Assembly (NCBI GenBank): GCA_951406725.2
Contig: OX597831.1
Coordinates: 6,386,001 to 6,450,000 of the forward strand
Length of the DNA: 64,000 nt
Direction: 5' to 3'
Source of the DNA: Octopus vulgaris
Taxonomy: Eukaryota
A model generated the notes under the pieces. That model saw only the letters and a list, made by a program, of their open reading frames with translations, did no database searches and was not told where the DNA came from. How positions within the stretch are numbered: the stretch's first letter is position 1; the number at the start of each line of letters is the position of its first letter. Made by a program: the position numbers and the translations under genes. Below are positions 54,985 to 64,000 of this stretch, one piece after another.

Positions 54985-56173
54985 ATTTCATTAATGCCGG
55001 ATGAATGGATGGATGTATTAATGGATGGATGGATGGAAGGATTCATGGATGGATGGATGGATGGAGGTACTCAATTAATGGCGGATGGATGGATCGATGT
55101 TGGGTTGATGGCTGAATTGATGGATAAATGGATGGAGATAACTTTTTAATGGCGGATGGATGGATGGTTGGATGAATGGTTGGATGCATGGATGGATGTA
55201 GGTATTTATTTAATTGCCGATTGATGCATGGAGTGATGGATGGAGATAATTATTTAATGGCGGATGGATGGATGCATGGATGGATGGATGGATGAAGGTA
55301 TTTATTTAATAGCGAATGGATGGATGCATGGTTGGATGGATGAAGGTATTTATTTAATAGCGTATGGATGGATGTATGGATGGATGGATGAAGGTATTTA
55401 ATAGCGGATGGATGGATGCATGGATGGATGGATGAATTTATTTATTTAATAGCAGATGGATGGATGCATGGATGGATGGATGAATGAAGGTATTTATTTA
55501 ATAGCGAATGGATGGATGCATGGATGGATGGATGAAGGTATTTATTTAATAGCGGATTGATGGATGCATGGATGGATGGATAAAGGTATTTATTTAATAG
55601 CGGATGGATGGATGCATGGATGGATGGATGCATGGATGGATGGATGCATGGATGCATGGATGCATGGATGCATGGATGGATGGATGCATGGATGGATGGA
55701 TGAAGGTATTTATTTAATAGCGGATGGATGGATGCATGGATGGATGGATAAAGGTATTTATTTAATAGCGGATGGATGGATGGAGGTATTTATTTAATAG
55801 CGGATTGATGGATGCATGGATGGATGGATAAAGGTATTTATTTAATAGCGGATGGATGGATGCTTGGAGTGATGGATGCATGGATGGATGGATGAAGGTA
55901 TTTATTTAATAGCGGATGCATGGATGCATGGATGGATGGATAAAGTTCTTTATTTAATAGCGGATGGATGGATGCATGGATGGATGGATGAAGGTATTTA
56001 ATAGCGGATGGATGAATGCATGGATGGATGGATGAATTTATTTATTTAATAGTGGATGGATGGATGCATGGATGGATGGTTGGATGAATGGATGGATGGA
56101 TGGATACATGGATTGATGAATGCAGGTATTTATTTAATAGTGGATTGATGGATGGATTGAAGGATTGATGGAT

Positions 56174-56490
56174 GGAGACCGTTGCCAGCACCGCCCCGTT
56201 TCGTGTCCGTTGCCAGCCTCGCCTGGCCCCCGTGCCGGTGGCACATAAAAAGCACCATCCGTTCGTGGCCGTTTGCCAGCTCTGTCTGGCACCAGTGCGG
56301 GTGGCACGTAAAAAGCACCCACTACACTCACGGAGTGGTTGGCGTTAGGAAGGGCATCCAGCCGTAGAAACACTGCCAGATTTTGACTGGGCCTGATGAA
56401 GCCTTCTGGCTTCACAGACCCCAGTAGAACCGTCCAACCCATGCTAGCATGGAAAACGGACGCTAAACGATGATGATGATGATGATGATG
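56174..56490 (+). mobile_element. Same retroposon fragment, copy 2 (part of a tandem duplication)
   Basis: Same truncation point and flanks as copy 1, but 43 bp longer internally. Confidence 0.82.
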
Positions 56491-57104
56491 ATTTCATTAA
56501 TGGCGGATGAATGGATGGATGTATTAATGGATGGATGGATGGAAGGATGCATGGATGGATGGATGGATGGAGGTACTCAATTAATGGCGGATGGATGGAT
56601 CGATGTTGGGTGGATGGGTGAATTGATGGATAAATGGATGGAGATAACTTTTTAATGGCGGATGGATGGATGGTTGGATGAATGGATGGATGCATGGATG
56701 GATGTAGGTATTTATTTAATTGCCGATTGATGCATGGAATGATGGATGGAGATAATTATTTAATGGCGGATGGATGGGTGGTTGGATGGGTGGATTGAGG
56801 GATGGATGGACAGATGGATGAATGGTATTTATTGAATGACAGATGGATGGATGGATGGAGGTATTTTTTTTATGGATGGATTGATGGATGGGTTGGTGGG
56901 TGGGTTGATTGATGGGTGTATGGATGGATGATTACAGGTATTTATTTAATGGATGTATGAATGTTTGGATGGATGGTTGGTTGGGTATAAGGGTGGGTGG
57001 GTGGGTGTGTGGATGGATGGATCACTGAATGGATTGATGGTATTTATTTAATGGATGAATGGATGGATAGATGGATGGATCTTTTTAATGGCTGAACCAT
57101 TTAT

Positions 57105-57262
57105 GGCAGCGAACTGGCAGAAACGTTGGCACCCTAGGCGAAATGCTTAAATAAATTAATTATCAGTTACGCACTGGGGTCGATTTAATCGACTTAATCC
57201 CTTTGTCTGGCCTTGTTTGTCCTCTCTGTGTGTAGCCTCTTGTGGGCAGTCAAGAAATAAGG
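57105..57262 (+). mobile_element. Internally deleted SINE family 1
   Basis: The head ctggcagaaacgttggcac is joined directly to the tail cagttacgcactggggtcgat...aagaaata. Confidence 0.8.
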
Positions 57263-57847
57263 TATGCATATATGAATGCGTGTAGCAACTTTGTAGAATC
57301 CAACAACATCATATTTCCTAATGGTTGAATACCTTTTTAAGTTGAATAAAATTTGTTGTCCTTGAAACACTTGATCCAACCAGTCCAATGGTAGATGTTG
57401 AAGTTGAACTTGAACCTTGATGTTGCAACTGAATGCAGTCACGTGTACGTGTGTGGAGGGGGTTAATTAATTCTTTCTCCAAAGTAATTTTCATTTTATT
57501 TAATGGCTGAACCAAATTAAAGGGGCAATGTTTCATTTCTCTGATTTTTGCAAAACTGCATAAAGCTTCCACAACAAAATATGCTTGGAATTCACTATGT
57601 TAAACTAACTCAACTATTTTCTTTTCAAGCAGATGACCCCTCTAAGTAATTAATCTTGGCGATATCTTTTTCTTCTTAATATGCAAATATGCCAACGAGG
57701 GAAGTTCTACAGTTACTCGACCTCTTAGAAATAACAGTCAAATCTTCACATAACACCTTAGTGTCTTTAAAAAGGCTGTTCTGAGAATGGATTTTTTCCA
57801 ATGCTCTATCAGGCTGACCTCAGGCTGATAAATAACAGTAGCAGCAA

Positions 57848-58224
57848 GTGGAGGCGCAATGGCCCAATGGTTATGGCAGCGGACTCGCGGTCGGAGGATC
57901 GCAGTTTCGATTCCCAGACCGGGTGTTGTGTATGTTTATTGAGCGAAAACACCTAAAGCTCCACGAGGCTCCGGCAGGGAGGGGAGGGCGACCCCTGTTG
58001 TACTCTTACGCACCAACTTTCTCTCACTCTTTCTTCCTGCTTCTTGTCCCCGGCTTCCTACGCAACCGCTGAGCCTGGATGCGCATTCATCCATCCGTCG
58101 AAGCTCTCGGTGTCGGGGGTTGACCTGCTTCCTCTTCTGCGGGTCTTACGAATAGCAAAGGACCGCGTTTCGGACTTCTCCTACTCTGGGATGAAGACCG
58201 CTTCGCTCAACAAACAAACAAACA
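57848..58224 (+). mobile_element. Full-length tRNA-derived SINE (family 4) with an (AAAC)n tail
   Basis: A box TGGCCCAATGG, B box GTTTCGATTCC. Imperfect TSD AACAG(T/C)AGCAGCA at about 57834 and 58222. Confidence 0.85.
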
Positions 58225-58591
58225 GCAGCAGCAGTAACGGCAAAGAAAATTGCAGACAATTCAGACAATTAACATAGATTGGCTCTAATTAAAGAAAGGA
58301 TTCTTATCCGATTTTCTTTAAGAACATCTTCAAGCCTTACTCATTTAATTTTGATTGTGTTACCATATTTAATGACGAGAGCATTATCAATAATTATATG
58401 GCAATTATAAGACAATATTACTTAATGACAAATAATATTTTAATTACTAATGCAATTCAATAATTCTGGACATGTTGAAGCCCTCTTCAGTCTGCACCGT
58501 CTCTCGCAAAGTAATGATAGAATAACTAAGTCAACGTAAGAAGATATCTGGTGTAAGAAATTAACACATTTTAGAAAACAAATTACACATA

Positions 58592-58994
58592 GGCGCAGGA
58601 GTGGCTGTGTGGTAAGTAGCTTGCTAACCAACCACATGGTTCCGAGTTCAGTCCCACTGCGTGGCATCTTGGGCAAGTGTCTTCTACTATAGCCCCGGGC
58701 CGACCAATGCCTCGTGAGTGGATTTGGTAGACGGAAACTGAAAGAAGCCTGTCGTATATATGTATGTGTGTGTGTTTGTGTGTCTGTGTTTGTCCCCCTA
58801 GCATTGCTTGACAACCGATGCTGGTGTGTTTACGTCCTCGTCACTTAGCGGTTCGGCAAAAGAGACCGATAGAATAAGTACTGGGCTTACAAAAAGAATA
58901 AGTCCCGGGGTCGAGTTGCTCGATTAATGGCGGTGCTCCAGCATGGCCGCAGTCAACTGACTGAAACAAGTAAAAGAGAGAGTAAAGAGTAAAG
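58592..58994 (+). mobile_element. SINE family 2, second copy
   Basis: Near-identical to 1735-2154. Confidence 0.9.
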
Positions 58995-59939
58995 TATTTT
59001 AGAGACGGCATCCACCTGAGAAACAACAGTCAGGTTAGTATTAACATATTTAATGTAATATTATGCAAAGCTAATTTTTAAAATATGCGTTTCGATAAAG
59101 AAAGGGTTCGCCTTATACTCTGAACGATTGTCTTAACGCGACTTCAGCAAAAAACCACAGAAGTTTTGTATCTAATTAGACAAAATATCTTGAGTATTGT
59201 CTACCAAGGAATTATTACAATATCAAGAATTAATTAATTTTGTCTTTTCCACATCGCAAAATTATTTATAATTGGTTTTGTAACACTAATTGTATTAAAT
59301 ATATTATCTTTATCTCGATTATTGATTTTCATACGTATGACAGCATCACGATATAAATTTAGAGTTTTAAAAAATAGAGAAAAGTATTAAAATGTGTTAA
59401 TGGTCAAAGGGAGGTAACTACAAATGATTCCGGTTAAAACGCCTGACTTCTTCAGATGTTCCTGGCCCTCTGCTTCCGTCACAATTTGAACTTGCTTTGA
59501 AGTAATATTTTATCGATCTTTGTGAGTCAATCGTCAGACATTTTCTGGATTTTCATCCCCTCACCTCTGCCGTTAGGCGTCCCACAAAACTGTCCCTTCA
59601 AACTCTTCAGAGGTCCCTCTGCTACTGTGGACGTGGTCACTCTTGTATGGTACTGGTAAGTTTTAAAATGTCAAGCAAGTATAAAAATGTGCATTGTCCG
59701 TTTAATTAAAAAATTCTATATGTGGCTGAAGATTGCTCGACATTTTAAAACTGATGTAATACTTACAGTGCTTAATAAAATGAAGTAGCATGAAACGATT
59801 GTACTACACTACCTTGGATATCCTTGTTGCTAATTTTGAATATATATATATATATATATATGTATATGTGCAGATTTGTATGTTTTGTATTATGTATGTA
59901 TTCTCATGCATATAGTTGCATGTCTAGACATGCTAATAT

Positions 59940-60121
59940 ATATTTAAATGATAAACTTCTGGAAAGTTTTACAGATTCTTACAGTTCCAGTGATGGATTA
60001 GATCTGTATTTTTTGTTGAATTAGCATTCTCCTTCCTGGTTTTGAGAAGCCTAATTTCTCAAGATTGGTATTTAGGCAGTGTGTTGCATATCCAAGGGCA
60101 CCAATAATTACAGGTATAAAG
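59940..60121 (-). mobile_element. 3' end of an R4/NeSL-type non-LTR element (restriction-like endonuclease C-terminus)
   Basis: FIPVIIGALGYATHCLNTNLEKLGF...ITGTVRICKTFQKFII*, followed by (TA)/(CATA) low-complexity sequence. Confidence 0.7.
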
Positions 60122-60290
60122 GGAGAATTCACAACAAAAAAAACAAAAGGCAGGTGGTGCAAACAACAAACAGATGTATTAGTATAACGCTCGGGAAGTG
60201 AAAAAGTCTTTAACGTTTCGAGCCTACGCTCTTCCACAGAAAGGAACACAGTAAGAAACAAGGAGGGAAAATAATGAATGTGTAGTGGCT
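60122..60290 (-). mobile_element. Probable Penelope-type terminal repeat fragment with a degenerate hammerhead-like motif
   Basis: Minus strand CTGTGGA-A-GAGC-gtag-GCTC-GAAA-CGTT at 60239-60212. Confidence 0.5.
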
Positions 60291-60459
60291 AGCAGATAAT
60301 AACCTGATAACCTATAAACACTTAATAACTGGTGTTGGTTTGCTTACATCCCCGAGAACTAGCAGTTCGGCATATAATGCTGATAGAATATGTTCCAGAC
60401 TTAAAAATTAGTTCTGGGGTTGATTCGTTCAATTAAACCCTTCAATCTGGTAAAACAGG

Positions 60460-61400
60460 CAAAAGATTCTCATCGAAATAAAGGGGACAGATCCTGTACA
60501 CTATAGATCTTTATTGCAATCAGACCTGGACACAATGCAGCAGTGGATCATGGACTGGCAGCTCAAGCTGGCTGTGGATAAATGTACCACCATGCATTTT
60601 GGGAGGAAAAACCCAGTGTCTACTTACTCCCTCCACAACACTAATCTCAAAAAGTCTTCTTGTGAACATGACCTGGGTGTTATTGTCGACAGCGATTTGC
60701 GTTGGACAAAACACATTGCTAAAATTTCCAAGAAGGCTGAGGGTATCTTGGCATCACTTAACAAGTCCTTTGTGAGCCATTCTCCGGCTACCTATCTGAG
60801 GCTTTATATAGCTATGGTGCGGCCTCACCTGGAATTTGCATCACCGGTCTGGAACCCCTATCTTGCCCAAGATATTAATCATCTGGAAACCGTTCAGCGA
60901 CATGCAACCAAGAGAATACCCTCTATCAGGCATTTTCCATATTCCGAACGCCTTACTTCCCTGGGCACGGACACATTGAAACTCCGACGTCTGGCAGCTG
61001 ACTTGGCAGACACCCATAAAATTATTAACCATCTTACAAACAATAACTCTGAGCACCTTTTCAAACTCCACCCATCTAACACCCGTGGACATATTTACAA
61101 AGTAAGAAAACAGTACAGCTCCCATGACTTTCGGAAACATTTTTTCACGCTAAGAGTTGCCAGCATCAGTTGTTAGTTGTCGGAGCACTGCATCCTTCAA
61201 AACTTCCATGCTTCCTGAGATTCGCCAACACTACACCTGATTTTCTTCCCCTCCATACACACACAAGCATGTATCTGACTCATACATTGTTCACTTCCCA
61301 GACATTTGTACATTACTGCATATACTTTATACGTACTTTTCACAAGTTGTGGTGCACCTGAGCACTGTATACTATAATTTCATTATTATTATTATTATTT
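60460..61400 (+). mobile_element. 5'-truncated CR1-clade LINE (RT thumb/C-terminus, 3' UTR, (ATT)n tail)
   Basis: LQSDLD..W...W.LKL...KC..MHFG, EHDLGVIVDSDLRW..HI, LY.AMVRPHLEFASPVWNPY, LETVQR.ATK, YSERL, TRGH and RKHFFTLRV. An apparent short deletion near 61158 removes the expected WNxLP motif. Confidence 0.92.
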
Positions 61401-61759
61401 TGTTTTTCTCCAATTTAAAAAAACATTTTCCTTTCACGGTAAACTTTAAAGGGAGGTAATTTTGGATTACATGTTCCTCATTTTTTTTCTGCTGTATTTA
61501 TTTATTTGTTTGTTTATTTATTTACTTATTCATTTATTTATTTATTTCGATTTTACTCTTGGCTTTCAACACTGGCTTTCAACACGATCAATAATATTTC
61601 AGTAGAAACATTGTCAGCTTATTGATTTTTTTTCTCCCCCTTCCCTCTCCCCACCACCACACACTCACTCGAGACCAGAACCTTTGCCCTTTTGCTCAGA
61701 TATCAGCAGCACGAAACACCCTTGTCCAAAGAAGTCCACAATTGCACCAGCTTGGCCGA

Positions 61760-62800
61760 ATCTTTTGAATCTCACCACTCAGACAAGTGAAGCAGTTGGC
61801 AACTTCAGCAGTCTCACTCGAAAAGAGAGACAAAAGAGGTGGAGTCTTCCCTGTGCTGGTCTGGTGAGACCACTGCCCAAAGCCCATAGGAGCCACCTGA
61901 ACTCCTTTGGTACCAGGACACTACACAGGATTATTGCTTACCATTGGTCACGAGACCATAATCTCGTGGCCTATGCCAGGGGTGTTACCAGTCCACTTAT
62001 GCGTACCTTTCCTTCTTTGGACACTAAAACTCTGCTTGCAAAGACCTGTTGAGGCAAGTGAAATCAAAAATCAAAATCAAATTCGATGACTGGCGTCCAT
62101 GCTAGCGGGGTGCAAAGAGCACCATACGAGTGCGATCATTGACAGAGCGGCTAACCGGCTTCCGTGCCAGTGGCACTTAAACGGCACCATTCGAGCGTGA
62201 TAATTGCCAGCATTGCACTACTACGCCCCGTGCTAGTAGGGTATTAAGAGCACCATCCGAGCGTGATCGTTACCAGAGCGGCTATCTGGCCTCCGTGCCA
62301 GTGGCACTTAAAAGGCACCATTCAAGCGTGATCATTACCAGCGTCGCATTACTGGCACTCGAGCCCCGTGCTAGTAGGGTATTAAGAGCACCATCCGAGC
62401 GTGATCGTTGCCAGAGCAGCTATCTGGCCTCCATGCCGGTGGCAGGTAAAAAACACCATTCGAGCATGATCGTTACCAGCATTGCCTTACTGGCACCCAC
62501 ACCGGTGGCATGTGTAAAAAGATTCGAGCGAGGTCATTGCCAGAGCCACCGGGAAAGCAGACCTTAAACGATGATGATGATGATGATGATGGTCAGATTT
62601 CACATCCAACCAACAACTTTGGTATATGTCCTGTCACTTGTATAAATTGGGAATGACGACTCAGGCTGACTGGTCATGTTGCTTGATTTTCCAAATTACA
62701 CCATGCTTACCATTTTCTCTTCACTGAGAATCCTTCTGGGTTGCTGGCTCGTGTTGGTCAACCATATATGGTCACAGCAGATGAGGAGGAGGCATCTTGT
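61760..62800 (+). mobile_element. Old RTE-clade RT fragment split by a younger insertion
   Basis: HLNSFGTRTLHRIIAYHW|insertion|SDFTSNQQL...RLRLTGHVA...ENPSG..ARVGQP. The reading resumes after 62590. Confidence 0.7.
61951..62589 (+). mobile_element. Retroposon 3' region with alternating hairpin subrepeats and a (GAT)n tail
   Basis: 6-bp TSD TGGTCA (61945-61950 and 62590-62595). GAGCACCAT recurs at about 62118, 62248 and 62386. Confidence 0.82.
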
Positions 62801-63215
62801 GGAGATGGGCAATCACTGACATTCTGTTGGTTGGAGTCAGCTGCAAGGATCTGCAAATATACCGACAAATGGTGAATGTGCTGCAGCAATGCAAGCCCCC
62901 ACACCTAAATTGACACTCCTCCCTCGCCCAACACTTTGTATTTAAGACTACTTCCATTATGAAATACAGCATCAGGAGCTGTGGACTCAGTAAAACCTGT
63001 TGCAGTATTTCTAATTAGGGTTATTTCATCTATTAATTAGTCTGGTATAATTTGTCTCCAATAAACTTTATGCTAAGGAGACAAATTGGCAGAACCTTTG
63101 GACGACTTTTGGTTGAAATATTTGGCTGAGGTTTGATTCAAGTCTCAGCAAGTTCAGTTTTGTCTGTCATTCTTGAATAAAATACCAATCCAGTCAACAA
63201 CCGCTGCTAACGATC

Positions 63216-63411
63216 CTTTCTCTCTCCTTCTATCTCTCCCTCCCTCAACCCCTCTCTCCCTTCTCCCTCATTTCTCTCTCTTTCTATCTCTCCCTCTCTC
63301 CCTCCCTCCCTCCCTCCCTCTCTCTCCCCTTCTCCCTCATTTCTCTCTCCCTCTCTCTCCCTCCCCCTCTCTCCCTTCTCTCTCTCTCTCTCTCTCTCTC
63401 CACCTCTCTCT
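63216..63411. repeat. Polypyrimidine (CT-rich) low-complexity tract
   Basis: Direct reading. Confidence 0.93.
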
Positions 63412-64000
63412 GAATTGTGTTGTAATTCAAATGTCAAGGCTTGCCACTTTCTGTCTGTGTTTCCCTGATTCAACCTGATTCAAGCTGCTATGTCGAGGGT
63501 AGAAGACATGTCTGTCTGTGTAAAATTCTAAGCCTTTTTAGCCATTCAGTTCGCACAAAGAGGAATTCATTCGGCTCAGCAATTGGAACCTTATTGGGGG
63601 TGACTGATTGCAAATCCATCAAATGCTTTTGGTACAAGACTGCTTCCTTACTTTATTTACTGAAAGGAGGAAAAGTTGACCCCGGCTGGGATCAGAACTG
63701 TTATCAGGATATTCTAATGATTCAAACAATCAGCAACAACCCTCTCTGTTCTGGTTTCAAATCCTGCTGAGATTAATCTTATTTTCCATCCCCACAATGG
63801 GGCAGAATATAAAGAAAGACCAGCCAAGTACTCTCCAACCATATTTGAGGTTAATGCCCTTCATTAGTAATTAATACTTGTATTTATTAATTAATTATCT
63901 AAACATGATGAAAACATGGACAGCTATTTAAAACTCTTGAAGCAAACCTCATTTAGCAATAAATCTGCTCCTTGAAAGATGTTTAAAAGATAATTACTTC

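Larger units (their letters stand above)
44898..57090. repeat. Satellite A, main segment: 48-bp unit GAAGGTATTTATTTAATAGC-GGATGGATGGATGCATGGATGGATGGAT
   Basis: Direct reading. Roughly 240 units; degenerate beyond about 56770. Confidence 0.97.

Noticed and set aside
44898-56700. Met/Asp/Trp/Gly-rich ORFs ([16 protein letters not shown])n, superficially reflectin-like
   Set aside because: They are translations of a 48-bp GGAT satellite. Frequent 4-bp indels break the frame, and there is no reflectin motif or gene structure.
13325-57090. Telomeric or proven centromeric array
   Set aside because: There is no (TTAGGG)n, and centromere identity cannot be read from sequence alone.
57676-57688. 13-bp match TTAATATGCAAAT to the C/D junction (32844-32856)
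   Set aside because: Too short and AT-rich to distinguish from chance.
60514-61176. 220-aa ORF as a host or domesticated gene
   Set aside because: It is an ordinary 5'-truncated CR1 fragment lacking the RT catalytic core, with a deletion near its end.

Overview
AT-rich eukaryotic genomic DNA. The SINE, LINE and microsatellite content looks like that of a coleoid cephalopod (Octopus); this is an inference from recalled repeat families, not a database result. There is one host gene, on the minus strand at the left edge, and the ORF track mostly misses it. Two coding exons (5023-4823, and 249 running off the window) with canonical GT/AG splice sites encode a secreted AA15-type lytic polysaccharide monooxygenase (LPMO) homologue in which both copper histidine-brace positions read Gln (CAA). 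The regions 250-13.3 kb and 57-64 kb are dense with decayed mobile elements: tRNA-SINEs, a MULE-type MITE with a 9-bp TSD, DD41D and maT-like Tc1/mariner relics, a hAT-like transposase, a Penelope end with a tRNA-like segment plus hammerhead ribozyme, and RTE, CR1 and R4-like LINE ends. The centre (about 13.3-57.1 kb) is a 44-kb nested satellite complex arranged A[ B> core <B' C[ D ]C ]A. Its units are built around short palindromes, two of its junctions are fold-backs, and its main blocks are about 12, 6, 12 and 12 kb. ORFs inside the satellites are translation artefacts.
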